Notes: a model not told the origin generated them from the sequence alone. Counted from the whole stretch's first letter, positions 38,421 to 52,491 are shown. The stretch is 63,711 bases of DNA, filler included, from Octopus bimaculoides (GCF_001194135.2; 5 parts of 5 records of this genome joined end to end with filler, not necessarily neighbours in it), one strand, 5' to 3'. Program-made: numbers and translations.

Positions 38421-38765
38421 AGATATATATATGCTGTGCTTGAGAAGAGCTGGTAAGCCAAGTGAGATCGTAACTGTGGCCTATGCCAGTGCAGCATAAC
38501 CAGCCCATCTTAGAGTCCCATTCACTTATTGGGCAATAGACTGTGCTTGCAAAGACCTGTTGAGTCAATTGAAGTCATTGTCGTGGCCGATAACAGTACC
38601 AACTGATTGGCACCCATGCCGGTGGCACATAAAAAGCACCATTCGAGCATGGTCAATGCCAGTACCGCCTGACTGGTCCCGTGCCAGTGGCATGTAAAAA
38701 GCCCCATTCAAGCGTGGTTGATGCCAATACCGCCTGACAGGCCCTCGTGCCGGTGACACATAAAA
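38420..38765 (+). mobile_element. RTE LINE 3' UTR fragment with three internal hairpin-repeat units
   Basis: Homologous to 62270-62600 and 43565-43795. Confidence 0.75.
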
Positions 38766-39004
38766 ATCCATTTGTTTACTTTGTCCTCTATGACCATATT
38801 TGGTTTTCTAGCTTCAATAGTATAGTAAGTCTTTTCCATTTCTTGCCGAGTGTCTTCCTAACTTCTTGTTCTTATAATTGTCAATAAAATAAGTACCAGT
38901 TGAACACTGGGATCGATGTAATTGACTCATCCCCTCCCCCAAAACTGCTGCCCTTGTAGAAAAATTTGAAACCATTATTGCTGTTGTTATTATTATTATA
39001 ATCA

Positions 39005-39980
39005 TACCCAACACACTCAGCTAGTTACTGGGGGGTATTGCTAATATACCAGTTGTTCACTTCCTGTGAACTTAGGTGGTATTTTCTTTTCAAGTCTCAA
39101 GAACTTTACAGAAATTCCTTGTACAGCTAAGTAATGCTCTATTTTCATTTTTATTCCTATCGCTTCCAACCAATTTTTAATTTCTTTGTTCACTGCTGTA
39201 CTCAAAGCACAACAAATATTGGAACAATATACTTTTTTTTTCCATTAATCACAGTTTTTTTCATTTCTCTCCTCAGAGCTTCTTTCATTTTGTGTCAGTT
39301 TTTCTCATTCTTTTCCAACAATTCTGCTCTCACCAGGGCAAGAGATGTCTATGATCAGACGTGACTCTTTTCTTTGTCTCCCTGTACAAAATTGGGTTTC
39401 TGATATTTGATTCTATGACCACACTGGATTATCCTTTCCTTGCTCTTTGCAATCCAAACCATTTCTTTTCTATTCTCTCTGGGACAATCCGCTGCATTCA
39501 CTTAAAATATGCCACATTGTCTCTCCAGTTTCACCACACTTTCTGCAGATTCTGTGGAAGGGCCAGTTTTGTTCATAACATTTTTTCTTCTGCTGCACAT
39601 ATCAAGGTCTCCATCTCAGGTTTCATTTTATGCTTAACACAACCACCTTTTATCTGGGTCAATGTCCTTTGGTAAATTTCTCAACAACTCACTATGCATC
39701 ACCTTATTCTTCCACTTGGTTTTTGCCTCTGTTTCCTAATTTTTTTAATCCTGTCTCTCTTCCATATTTAATAGACCAGATTTCCTTTCTTGCACAAATA
39801 ATACCATTTTTGGCATTCTTTTTATACCAAGCAACATTGTTTCCTTCTTTGCTTTCATTATGACTCTCTCCCCAGACACAGCAAAATATTGTTTCCCTTT
39901 ATCTAAATAGAATCTTTGCAACATATCAATCCCTTCTCGCCTCTCTTCCGTCAACATTTCTCTGTTCGAATGGACTGTGT
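39005..39980 (-). mobile_element. R4/Dong-clade (RLE-type) non-LTR retrotransposon 3' fragment
   Basis: Minus translation KWKNKVMH, PETETLICAAEE and CRK...GETMWHI..ECSGL (CCHC); ends in an (AAT)n-like tract at about 38975-39000. Confidence 0.75.
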
Positions 39981-42900
39981 ATTGTAAGTAGTTTGCTTGT
40001 TTTCTCATCCAATGACTGTGGTTCCTCACTTTTGCCATCGTATCACAACCCATGCCAGCATGGACAATGGACGTTAAATGATGAGGACAATGATGATGAT
40101 AATGATGATCACTTCTGCTCCACATCTCAAGACAGCAATTGCCCATGAGTTTATGGCTTAAAACTTATTTCTTCCACTATTATTGTTGTTGTTGTCATCA
40201 TCACAAACCAGCGAGAAATATATTTCCTGTATCTGCTTCCTTGGTATTAGATGCCTTTCACCCCCACCCCACTGGTGTCAATGAAAATAAAAGGCTAATC
40301 AAGACTTGTTTGAATACTGGCCAAAATGCCTTGTGGTATTTGTCCTGGCCCTTTATGCTTCAGTGATAACACTGGTACCAAGTTATGATGTCCCTGCCTT
40401 GAAGAAGGGACACTTGTTTCATGGGTAGACATTGGTTATGTCTAAACACCTTCTCCAAGACTACAACTTAGAGAAGAACTTCCCATTGTCACATACAAAG
40501 CCAGCCTCAACTGACAAAAACCTATGAACTCACCAAACCGTGAGTCTTTGGAACCCTTTCTGCCACATTCCCATTTGATTGTCAGGCAGGGAGGGATAGG
40601 TGGGCAGGTAATCAGAAAGGTAGGCAGGTAGGTAGGTAGGAATAGCTGCCTTTAAATGTGGGCATGAACAAAAATCCCCAGTAGTTTCCATATTTCTATA
40701 GCTTTCTTTATCAAAATAAAAGACTGCCAAATAGGAGGCACCAACTGCTCCCACTGACAGCAAACAAAGGGGTGGGGTGGCAAGTAAATATATATTTTGC
40801 CTCGTTAATTTACTCCCAAAAGCCTGCTATAAGCGAGTATAAATGCCGATTGATATACCAGTAATATGCTCAGTTTATAAAAGAATAAAAACCTGCAATA
40901 AACCTGCTTATTCTGTGCTAACAATAGAATCGATAGATTTTGGTCAGACAATGGCATGTGCCTAGGACTGGCATCCATTCACACCCATAGAGTCACATGG
41001 TAAATAGCAACACCAACACCACCACCACAACCACCGCCACTACCTTGTTATCTCTCTCTCAGACACACAGACAGCTGTGAGGTGGAATGTAATGTTAGTG
41101 CTTGTTGTATTTTTGGTTTAGTTTTTTTTTTTAATTTTATTATCTTATTTTGGGTAATAAATTTCTTCTCTCTCTTTTTTTTTTTTGCTAATTTTTCTCC
41201 ATTTTCCTCGTTACAACTGATGTAAAGTAACGACCGCAGTTATTCCGTTATTTATTTATTTATTTATTTTACCTTTAACATCGACACAGGTTAACACAAA
41301 ATAAAATTGGTGTTTATTTTTAATTACCATTATCACAACCTCCACTACCACTACTACCACCATCACCACTACCACCACCACAACCACCATTATATATATA
41401 TATCATATTATACACACATACACATAACAGTGCATCAAAGATATTCACATTGTATGTATGTATGTATATATATAAGAGAGACAGACAGACAGAATGAAAG
41501 GTAGTTAGATAGATAGATAGATAGATAGACAGATAGATATACATATTAATTCACAAACAAGTCTATAGTAGAACTGTATTTTGTGCCTGGCCCTCAACTT
41601 TCTACCTACCATTATGTAAATGTTTGTCACACACAATGTAGTTTACATTCTTAAGTAGATTTAGACGAGTACAGTGTGGAAGAGAAGAGGACATAACTGA
41701 TGAGCCTTTAATGAGAGAGGAAACAGATCAGTTCTATCCTCAGTGCCATATGGTTAATCCTTGGGCTGTAATTTCACACGGATGTTCGATACATGGTTGT
41801 TAAACATCTATACATTTGGTCCTGTAGAGTAAGAACTCTACCAGCTCACCACCTCCAATAATGATAATAATGGTAACAACCATACACACATACATACAGG
41901 TATATACAAATTTAAGTATATAAATATACTTTTGTTAATTCATTTCTTGACAGACTACAAAATGTGTGCCAAAATAATTTTATTTGCTCTAAATTAGAGC
42001 ACAAGCTAAAAATATAACATCGGAATCACTTTAAAATTGAGATATTTTAGGTGAGAAGAAGGGGATTCTGCAAAAATTGTAGAGAGCTACTTTGGAAGAG
42101 GGATGGCTGTGGTTAAAGAGATTGCTCATCCATGAGATGGTAACAGGTTCAAACCCAGTTGGTGGCACTTTAGACAAGTGTCCTCTACCATATTTGACCA
42201 ATGCCATGTGATTAGAATTTGCTAAACAAAAACTGATGGGAAGTCCTTGGAAGAGATAGCTATTGTTCTTTAACAGGAGACTTCTTTGGACCCTCTGTTT
42301 GACACAAACCCTCCTGACCCTAATTTGGCTAAAACTTGCTGTATCTTTTAACAGGTCACTGGTCTGAAGATGACATTGTTCTTTCATGTACAGCAGTGAA
42401 GATTTGTTTGTTACTCCACAAGTGTGGTCAAGTCTGCCCTTCACTAGTAATGGAAGGTAGGAGTCAACAGTATCTGTCCCCTGTATGGCAGAGTGAGATC
42501 TGCTACAGTGAGGGATTGTAGAGTTTGGTCATGTGAAGAATATGGGCAATGGCCATTCCAAGAAGAAGGGTTTGCTGAGAAGAGGATCTTTTAATGGCGT
42601 GAGATGAAGTGAATGGGAAAGACAATTATGGTAAAGGTTTGTCACTGAAGAATCAACAGGGTTTAACACATTGGGTTGGGATTAGATGGGGAATTAGTAG
42701 CTATTTCTAGCAGGTCGACCCACCACATAGAGTCTTGCTTCTTTAGGTTGCATGTTGGGTTGTATCTTGGTGTAACAGAAGGGAAAGGATTATATTAGGG
42801 CCGCAAAGGGTTATAAGTGGGTTAGGAGTGAAAATAAGTCCAGAGTGTCAGTACCAGGTACAGATAGGAAAAGATACCTCCTGGGCAGGGAGTTGAGAGT

Positions 42901-43844
42901 ATCAAATGATTGAGCCTCTTTATCAGAAGGGCTAGGGGAGGGGTGAATGCAAGGGCTAAGAGGTGAAGGTTGCGTTGTATACATTAAGGCACCAACAATA
43001 AGGGTTTTGAAGAATCAAGTTGTGTTCTTAACACTGGTTTAATACAATATAAATATATGAGCCAGAAAGAGCAGCCATATCTGTCTCAAGCCACACTCTA
43101 CAATGTCCAAAAAGGAATGAGACATCAAACAACAGAGTATTAATTGTTTTTAAGAAGAGTTTAGCTGATTCATTTCCAGAGCCTCTAAGACTTGCAGAAA
43201 GAAAATAAACAAGATGGTCAAGAATGGCAGGTCACTGATCAGGGTTAACGCTAGAGTAAACCCCAATAACGTCATCAATAACTACCAATTGTTGTGTTTA
43301 CTGTCCCCTAAACAGATACAAAATATAAAAGAGTAAACATTCAGGGTCCTCAGTGCCTAACAGATAAAGGAGGGACCTGATGGAAGAGTTGGAAACTCAG
43401 ATGAAACACCTTTTGGTGTTTCTTCCTCTTCTTTATGTTCTGAGTTCAAATCCTGTTGAGATCAACTTTGCTTTTCAACCTTTGAGCCCAATAAAACAGA
43501 GTACTAGTCAAGTACCGGGTGATGGTGGTGGGGTTTAACACTATAATCAACTAGCAGCCCTCTCCTTTAAAAGATATCAACACTAATGTAATGCCGGTGC
43601 CGACTGACTGGCATCCATTTTGGTGACACATAAAAAGCACCATTAGAGCATGGCCGATGCCAGTACTGTCCGACTGGCACCATTCGAGTGTGGCTAATGC
43701 CAGTGCCACTTGGGTGGCTCCCATGCTGGTGGTACATAAAAGGCACCCACCACACTCTTGGGTAGCTGACATTAAGAAGGGCATCCAGATGTTCAGGTGC
43801 AATAAAGACTGTAAACAAACAGGAAACAACTTCTATCTCATTCC

Positions 43845-45069
43845 AGGGTGAAAAACTAGAGGTAGTCGATAGCTTCCGCTATCTGGGCGACCAAGTTAGT
43901 AGTGGGGGTGGGTGCGCTGAAAGTGTAGCTGCGAGAATAAGAATAGCCTGGGCAAAGTTTAGAGAGCTCTTACCCCTGCTGGCGACAAAGGGACTCTCAC
44001 TCAGAGTAAAAGGCAGACTGTATGNNNNNNNNNNNNNNNNNNNNNNNNNNNNNNNNNNNNNNNNNNNNNNNNNNNNNNNNNNNNNNNNNNNNNNNNNNNN
44101 NNNNNNNNNNNNNNNNNNNNNNNNNNNNNNNNNNNNNNNNNNNNNNNNNNNNNNNNNNNNNNNNNNNNNNNNNNNNNNNNNNNNNNNNNNNNNNNNNNNN
44201 NNNNNNNNNNNNNNNNNNNNNNNNNNNNNNNNNNNNNNNNNNNNNNNNNNNNNNNNNNNNNNNNNNNNNNNNNNNNNNNNNNNNNNNNNNNNNNNNNNNN
44301 NNNNNNNNNNNNNNNNNNNNNNNNNNNNNNNNNNNNNNNNNNNNNNNNNNNNNNNNNNNNNNNNNNNNNNNNNNNNNNNNNNNNNNNNNNNNNNNNNNNN
44401 NNNNNNNNNNNNNNNNNNNNNNNNNNNNNNNNNNNNNNNNNNNNNNNNNNNNNNNNNNNNNNNNNNNNNNNNNNNNNNNNNNNNNNNNNNNNNNNNNNNN
44501 NNNNNNNNNNNNNNNNNNNNNNNNNNNNNNNNNNNNNNNNNNNNNNNNNNNNNNNNNNNNNNNNNNNNNNNNNNNNNNNNNNNNNNNNNNNNNNNNNNNN
44601 NNNNNNNNNNNNNNNNNNNNNNNNNNNNNNNNNNNNNNNNNNNNNNNNNNNNNNNNNNNNNNNNNNNNNNNNNNNNNNNNNNNNNNNNNNNNNNNNNNNN
44701 NNNNNNNNNNNNNNNNGGCACATAAAAGACACCATTTCGAGCGTGGCCGTTTTCGTGTGGGTGACACGTAAAAGCACCCACTACACTCTCTGAGTGGTTG
44801 GCGTTAGGAAGGGCATCCAGCTGTAGAAACTCTGCCAAATTAGACTGGAGCCTGGTGTTGCCATCCGGTTTCACCAGTCCTCAGTCAAATCGTCCAACCC
44901 ATGCTAGCATGGAAAGCGGACGTTAAACGATGATGATGATGATGATGATCCAGCTATGGAAATCTTGCCAAATGAGACTGAGGCCTGGTGTAGCCTCCCA
45001 GCCTGCCAGTTCTCAGTCAAACCGTCCAACCCATGCCAACATGGAAAGCAGACATTAAATGATGATGAT
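43845..45069 (+). mobile_element. RTE LINE 3' end spanning a gap, with a duplicated tail (44950-45069)
   Basis: LEVVDSFRYLGDQVSSGGGCAESVAARIRIAWAKFRELLPLLATKGLSLRVKGRLY; tail ends in (GAT)n. Confidence 0.9.
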
Positions 45070-46299
45070 GCTGATAACATCTAATATTCATATAGTACTA
45101 ATACTATACTAATGTTACTAATATACATATAAAATATTAGTACAAATACAAATATTGCTCATAAATAGTATTATTCATGAAATAAGACAAGTTTCTGTGT
45201 GATAAAAGAAGAAGCTGTGTCTATTAGGAGGTGTGGTTAATACGAGGAAAGATTTGGATTTACTGAAGAGGACTCATAATAGAGAAACATGTAGAGTTGT
45301 CCTGCAGTTGTACAGATTAAATAATATTATTTGACACAGAGAGATACTGACACTGGAATAACAGATTACTTTGTTAAACATATACATGACCATCGATGCT
45401 TATACAATACATACATACATATGCACACACACACATGCACATATACACACACACATACATGCCAATACTTATTTTTTTCGAAAATCGCTATTGGGGCCTG
45501 TTGAGCAGTGCGAGAAGTGAGACGAGTTGCACTCACATGTGAGCTTTACTCAATCAGCTGTTAAGTGCACGCAAATGCTGCAGTAATTAGGCACGAAAAC
45601 CAGACGTTTTTAATTGCTGGGCATAAAACGTTTTCTTAAGCAAGTTTTCAAAAGGTTTTTTTTTTTACATTGGTTGGTCACGTTAGGGCGGTCATTTTGT
45701 TATCTATAGTCGATTATTTTTTCTTACATAGTCGTTTTTTATAGGAAGTATAATAAAAAGAAAATGTATCTTTTTTCTAAGTTCATAATAATTTTGAAAA
45801 GAATAATAAACGAATGCTGAAGTTATAAAAATTACTGGTAACGAAGTCTGGACAACAAAAAATGAAAAACCATGTTAGTGTTTGTTTGAAACAAATGAAA
45901 GTGTATTAAAACAATATCTTTTAGATACCTGCTGAAATGACTGGATATCTAGATCTCTCAGGATATATGAGCCCTAAGCTGCAAAACAGTTTCCAAATGG
46001 CATCAGATGTTTCCATTTACCTTTAGCAATTTTTCGCGCCGACAAAATTTGAGCGAGGAACGGCAGGTTCTCGTCGATTTAGGGTGGTGGTGGTGAGAGA
46101 GGTGGGAGTGAGTAAAAGTGTGTATTGTCAGTTGTTTTTTTTTTTTTTGGCCTGTACGATATATATATATATATATATATATATTTTCAGGCAGGTGAGT
46201 TTCCAGTTTCCTACCCCATCCTTTTTTGTAAAGAAAAATAAGGGGTTTGCGGCACATTAGGAGGTGAGGTTTTGTGATTACACGCGAGAAATCCGAGTT

Positions 46300-47230
46300 T
46301 GTTTTTTTTTTTATGAACTGCGTGGAGGTGCACTTGTAAAAATTTATCCGAATGGTTTCATAAATATGGTGTTGAATATTGTTTCATGACAGAAAAAAGT
46401 TAAGGGTGACTGAACATCAAGAACCAATTCTTCCGTGTCCTCAGGAACATGGGTACAGTCTTCCAGCTTCGAAAAGAAACTTATGAAGTCGCTGAGTTGG
46501 CCAGTATAAAAAGTAACCTAACGACATACTGTTTGAGATACTCCGGTCTCATTCCGGGACGAACAATACACTTTTTCAGGCTTCCCCATAAACGCTCGAT
46601 GAGTGTGAATAGCTGGGATCCACAAAGTGTTTAGCATGATTAACCTGATCGTGTGTATAGCCCATGCCGCTCGAGTTCCTACTATACGCACGCCAACAGT
46701 CATTATAAATGATTGATCCAGGCCCGGAGGAATGAGGGTGTCAGCATCCCTTCTATTGCCCTCGCCACATTCGGTCAAAAGTGGGACCGTAAATGTTCTC
46801 TTCGTCAAGTGTTCCAGTCTACCAAAAAGCCAAACCGTTTTGATTATTCTGCCCCGTTGATATTTTCGATGGACCAGAACCGTTTCAACGATCTCAAGAC
46901 GATCTCCTCCGATCATATTTTAGTGGTTTTTTGCCCAACACTGGCAGATCTCAGCACAGAAAGACCGCCAATCTACAGAAGGTTTTACGGCAGAATCTGA
47001 GATTTTCCTCGATTAATCTGTGCGTCCACAGTCACTCCTGGATTGGCGACGTCGTCGTCGTACCATCCTACGGCAACGTTATAGGTTCGTTTCCTGGCGC
47101 CAAATACGTGGGAAATTACATGACGGACAATTGTGGGTAAACGGCAGGACACCTCGTTCCATGCAAAATGTAATGGCAGTATTGTTTTTACTGTGCAAAC
47201 GGAGAACTCCTCCATAAAGAGTGATATTGC
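46300..47230 (-). mobile_element. Merlin (IS1016/IS1595-related) DDE transposase relic
   Basis: FCMERGVLP..HNCPSC, VDWRSFCAEIC, IGGDRLEIVET..HRKYQRGR...WLFG, TLIPPG and HTHR; frameshifts and stops. Confidence 0.8.
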
Positions 47231-48089
47231 AACAGTTGCATAGAGCCATGATGTTAGAGGAAAATTAAGATTTCGTGTGTCTGAGCGCGCACATGTTTGA
47301 GAGAGAAAGGGAGAGACAGAGTGAGTGAAGGTGATGATGGATGTCTTTTAAGGTACGACGTCGTATAGAAAATGTATACGACAGATAACTTATGGAAAAG
47401 ATTGTAATTTTAAATTTTTGTAATTCAAATATGTCAATGAAAATAAAGTTTAGCTAGTAGTGGAAATAGTACTGAATCTTTTGATACCCAATACGTGAAA
47501 ATCGACAAGATTGATCCACACAGCCATCCCTACTCAGCAATAAAGGGTACAGCTCATAGAACATGAACGGCTAAAACAAGTGAAACAGCATTTTATAATA
47601 AACCTGTTGTATACGTCGGTCTTGGTTTTTCGCTTTAAAGATTAGCGAGTCTCATAGAAGCAAACACGATATTGAATAATTCTCCGTCATGCGTCTACTA
47701 AAAACTTTAACATCCTTCCAAAATGGGACTTCGTCTTTGTTTATCTACGTGCGTCTATGTGTAGATGTGTGTGTGAACCATCCCATCAGCAACAATCATC
47801 ATCATCTTCTTCACAGCAAGTAGCAACTGTTGCTATGCATCTGAAATTGTGTACGTGTGTGTGTGTGTGTGTGTGTGGCGGGGTTGTAAGATAAATTAAT
47901 TTTGGCGGTAAGGACTGAACCCATCGTTTCACTGTCACAATTAAAAATAAATTCGAAGGATTAACATCGCACAAGTTCAGACATTATTTCCGTAAACTCT
48001 AATTGAAATCAAGAAGCTACCACAACCATCCCATCCACAACAATCATCATCGTCTTCTTCACAATATTTGTACCCTTTAAAAAGAAGCA

Positions 48090-48880
48090 CTGTTGCTATT
48101 TTTCGGAATTTATTTTACATTGTGTACTCCCAGATTGGAACTTTTACTGTACTTTGCAACAGAGAACATTATAGATTATCTGAAGACAAAACATATTGCC
48201 AATGAAAAAATGTGGTTTGCTTGCTCACATTCGATGAATTTTCAAAATTTTTGTCGTTCTATTAACTTGTTTGTCAATAGAAAGTGCGCTAAATGTAAAA
48301 AAAAAAACCTCTCTTTCCATCAGGAAAGGTACAGTTACAGAAAACTCTAAGCTGCCATTATATGTAATTTTTCATTTAGTGTTTGATTTTATTTTTGAAT
48401 TGTCTGAGACGATATCTGCAAGTATGAATTGCATTGATATAAAAACTGCCGTTCAGTGGTACCAGTTCTGGAGAGATGTTTGTTCGGCAAAACTGCTGCA
48501 GGACAAAACTCCCATTTGGTGGTCCGGATCATATAGTGGAGATCGATGAAAGCTTGTTCTTCATTAGCAAGAACAATGTGGGAAGACTGTCGCAAAACTT
48601 TCAGAAAAGGATTTCTTCAACGTGTACCCGATGAGAGTACAGAGACGTTGGAGAATGTTATCAGACAAAACGTTCTTCCAGGAACAACTGTTATGACTGA
48701 CAATTTGGCAAGCTATTGTAATCTCCACATACTCGGTTACATTCACCATCCGGTAAATCATTCCCCAAGTTTCATAGATCGGTCACCGGAGCATGTCCAA
48801 ATCGGCGGAGGGAAAGACCATGGATCGCACCCCTTTTGGGATATTTCAAAATTTATATTGTACAAGCCAAAGAAAAAATA
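48090..48880 (+). mobile_element. Second, diverged Merlin transposase relic
   Basis: AVQWYQFWRDVC, GGPDHIVEIDESL and LPGTTVMTDNLASY...GYIHHPVNHS; frameshifted. Confidence 0.85.
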
Positions 48881-49021
48881 ATAAAGACATAACTGACAAA
48901 AAACACCCTTACTCACTCACTNNNNNNNNNNNNNNNNNNNNNNNNNNNNNNNNNNNNNNNNNNNNTTAATTAATTAANNNNNNNNNNNNNNNNNNNNNNN
49001 NNNNNNNNNNNNNNNNNNNNN

Positions 49022-49089
<68 letters not shown>

Positions 49090-49093
49090 TATT

Positions 49094-49258
49094 ATTATTA
49101 TTAAAATGGCACTACTGGGTACTGCACACATCCTACGCAAAACACTTTCAATACAGTAACCATAAGAGCACCACAGCAATCCACAGCACATACCCAAGGC
49201 GCACAGAGCTGCGCTCGGTAGTGAAGTGAAAGCACGTTATAAAAATAAAACTACTGAA
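49094..49258 (+). mobile_element. R4/Dong 3' tip between (AAT)n tracts
   Basis: KMALLGTAHILRKTLSIQ* followed by a short 3' UTR. Confidence 0.8.
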
Positions 49259-49265
49259 CAACAAC

Positions 49266-49337
<72 letters not shown>

Positions 49338-49425
49338 CCTTTCTACTATAAGCACAAGGCCTGAAATATGGGAGAGGACCCCAGTGTATTACTATACATG
49401 CTAACAAATTCTCTTTGTTTTTCAG

Positions 49426-49545
49426 ACATAAATGAATGCTTACAGAGTAACCCATGTGGTACAAACAGTAGATGCAATAACACAAGAGGATCTTACAGTT
49501 GTTTATGTAATCAAGGATATCGTTGGGATGGAAGAACATGTGTTG
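49426..49545 (+). CDS. Calcium-binding EGF exon A (phase 1-1, 120 bp)
   Basis: TTTTTCAG acceptor and GTAAG donor; DINECLQSNPCGTNSRCNNTRGSYSCLCNQGYRWDGRTCV, canonical 6-Cys cbEGF. Confidence 0.92.
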
Positions 49546-49689
49546 GTAAGTAAAGAGGAATAAACTACAATAACACTATCAACAACAACAATTAGCTTCT
49601 GGCTGTTATCATCCATTCTAGAAAAGGCGGAAGGCCTGAACGTTTGTCATATTGAATAAGAGAGACAATATATTTGTCAGATCATTGAT

Positions 49690-50030
49690 GTAGCCTTACC
49701 AATTGGCATGAATGTTGTGAGTAAAGAGGTTGAAATTACCAAGGGCTCCGAATTGAAAGTGGAAATGGTAAGAGTGTATGGAATGCTAGTCAGTAATGTA
49801 AAACTAATACCAGTGCTGATCGGAACGTTGGCCTCAGTCCCATTGAAACTTCAAACCTTGTTAAGGCAATTGGAAATCCCATGCAAGTTTGATGTCTTGC
49901 AAAAAGCAGCTTTCTTGGACACAGCACACATCTTAAGGAAAGCATTATCTGTCTGAGGTCCTTGTTGTGATTTGGCAGATGACTAAAAAATCCGGTGCAT
50001 TGAAATCAACATTGTTTTACGAAGGAATAA
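49690..50030 (+). mobile_element. R4/Dong 3' fragment
   Basis: IPVLIGTLASVP...LQKAAFLDTAHILRKALSV*, followed by (AAT)n. Confidence 0.8.
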
Positions 50031-51199
50031 TATTAATAATAATAATAATGATAATAATAATAATAATGATGATGATGATGATGATGATAATAAATGCTCT
50101 GATGTAGTACCATGGCTTCTGATCTTAACTGATTGGAAGGGTTATCATGTACATTGTTTTGTCTTGGTATAAAAGATGGGCTACAGCAAATATTCTGCTC
50201 AATACCACAGATTTGCTTGTCATTTATTTGACTTTAACCAGTTGAGCATGTCCCTTGGTGGCTGACGATATGTGCATCTCTGATCATGAGCAGAAATAGT
50301 GGGGGAGCATCATAGCCATGTGTTGAGAGGAGTTCATTGGGGTTTGAATAATTCACCTTTGGAAACATGGGTGTTTTGCTCAACATCCTTAAACAAACCT
50401 TATTCAGGGACCTTTTGAGTGGGATGGGCTACTCGACCTGAAGAAAATTCTAACTGGGCCCCACCTGCGAGGTCATGCGCTGTTTATCTTGATATGAGAT
50501 CACCATGTTGTACATGTATGGTTGTGATGCATGTGCCTGGTGTGCCCTTATCAGACGGGTAGTTATGATGGGTATAACGGGCATCGTATGTGTCACTTTG
50601 ATGGCATGCACTGCTCTCTCACTCAATAATAATAATAATGATTTCAAATTTTTGCACAAAGCCAACAATTTCTGGTGATGGGCAAGCCTATTACATAGGC
50701 CCTAGTTATCATCTGGTGGCTATTTTATCGACCCGAATTGATGAAAGACAATTTGACCTTCGCGGGATTTGAACTCAGGACATAAATACCGACGAAATGC
50801 CGCTAAGCATTTCGTTAGGAAGGAGAAGAAGAAGAAGAAGAAGAAGAAGAAGAAGAAGAAGAAGAAGAAGAAGAAGAAGAAGAAGAAGAAGAAGAAGAAG
50901 AAGAAGAAGAAGAAGAAGAAGAAGAAGAAGAAGAAGGAACAGAAAAATAGAACGTTGAATAAGTAGAAGAAAAAGAGGAATTAGAACTTGGAGGATAAGA
51001 AGTAAAAGGTAGAAGTCAAAGAAATAGAAGAAGAAAAAAACGAAATACGAAGAAGGAGGAGGAAGAGAAGAAGAAGAAGAAGAAGAAGAAGAAGAAGAAG
51101 AAGAAGAAGAAGAAGAAGAAGAAGAAGAAGAAGAAGAAGAAGAAGAAGAAGAAGAAGAAGAAGATCAACAACAAGAACAGCAAGAACCTTGTCTCTTCA

Positions 51200-51861
51200 T
51201 ATCCTGTACTGACACATAACGAATTCAAAATCGCCACTATAGGGAAGGACAGTAATTGCAGTGCAACATATGTAAACAATACAAAATCAATACTCCTGCT
51301 TGGTAGCATGAACATCATCCTGAGCCTGTCGTTGATGTTGAAAATATCACTATACTCTGGCATTTTCGGTCAAACCCGGCAGAACCACACTGGCTCATCG
51401 ACCAGACATAGACATTAAAGAAAGAATAGAAGATACTTGTAGAGTAATAGATGTAAATTTCCTACTGATAAAAATATCTCTCTAAAGGAATTTGAGAAAG
51501 TAAGTAAATATGAGAACATGGAAACTGAAATACAAAAGATGTGACATTTTAAAGCAAGAACTGTACCCGTTATTTTGAGTGCCCTGCGTATGATAAGAAA
51601 TGGATGCCACAAACCACTAGATAATACCTCACGAGAACCCTGTTCCAGAGAAATCCAAACTATTCTGATAACATGTACTGCCCACATTCTGAGAGAAACC
51701 CTATCAGTGAGTTGCATTACATGAAGATATTTCGCTACAGCCTCTGACTCTCCAACTCCCCAAGATTTCAGTTATACTGCAATATCTCTTATCCTTCACT
51801 CGGCTCAAGACGCTGGGTGTGTCTCGGCGAGTGATTGTAACAAACATGCAGATTGAATCTA

Positions 51862-51862
<1 letters not shown>
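51200..51862 (+). mobile_element. R4/Dong 3' fragment (degenerate)
   Basis: HRPDI...KEFEKVSKYENMETEIQKM...TAHILRETLSVS; ends at (AAT)n. Confidence 0.75.
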
Positions 51863-51936
<74 letters not shown>

Positions 51937-51938
<2 letters not shown>

Positions 51939-52062
51939 AGAAAAAAATGCTTTCTAATTGATGTATCAATACCAGCAGATGACAACGTTTCTCTAAAAGA
52001 AATGGAAAAACTTTCAAAATACAAAGACCTGGAAATAGAGATAACTCGAATGTGGAGATCAC
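51937..52062 (+). mobile_element. R4/Dong RLE-domain fragment running into a gap
   Basis: EEKKCFLIDVSIPADDNVSLKEMEKLSKYKDLEIEITRMW, directly after (AAT)n. Confidence 0.85.
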
Positions 52063-52244
52063 NNNNNNNNNNNNNNNNNNNNNNNNNNNNNNNNNNNNNN
52101 NNNNNNNNNNNNNNNNNNNNNNNNNNNNNNNNNNNNNNNNNNNNNNNNNNNNNNNNNNNNNNNNNNNNNNNNNNNNNNNNNNNNNNNNNNNNNNNNNNNN
52201 NNNNNNNNNNNNNNNNNNNNNNNNNNNNNNNNNNNNNNNNNNNN

Positions 52245-52307
<63 letters not shown>

Positions 52308-52374
52308 TAATAATAATGATAATAATAACAACATTTTCAATTCATATTAGAACACGGATATATTTCATTTTCAG

Positions 52375-52491
52375 ACATCAATGAGTGTGCAAGTATACGT
52401 TTAATGCCTCCTTATATGTGTTACAACACACCGGGTTCGTATTATATTGGCTGCATGGAGGGCTTCCAAAAGATCAAGGAAAAATGTATAG
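52375..52491 (+). CDS. EGF-like exon B (phase 1-1, 117 bp), only 4 Cys
   Basis: TTTCATTTTCAG acceptor and GTAAGT donor; DINECASIRLMPPYMCYNTPGSYYIGCMEGFQKIKEKCI. Confidence 0.85.

Noticed and set aside
40740-41300. Unique sequence with TATA-like motifs and a 7-bp stem (TCGTTAC...GTAACGA) as a promoter or ncRNA
   Set aside because: The motifs are short enough to arise by chance in AT-rich DNA, and there is no second copy or linked exon to support them.
41685-41745. CTGATGAG...GAAAC as a hammerhead ribozyme
   Set aside because: The base before GAAA cannot pair with G10.1, and stem I does not close next to the cleavage triplet.
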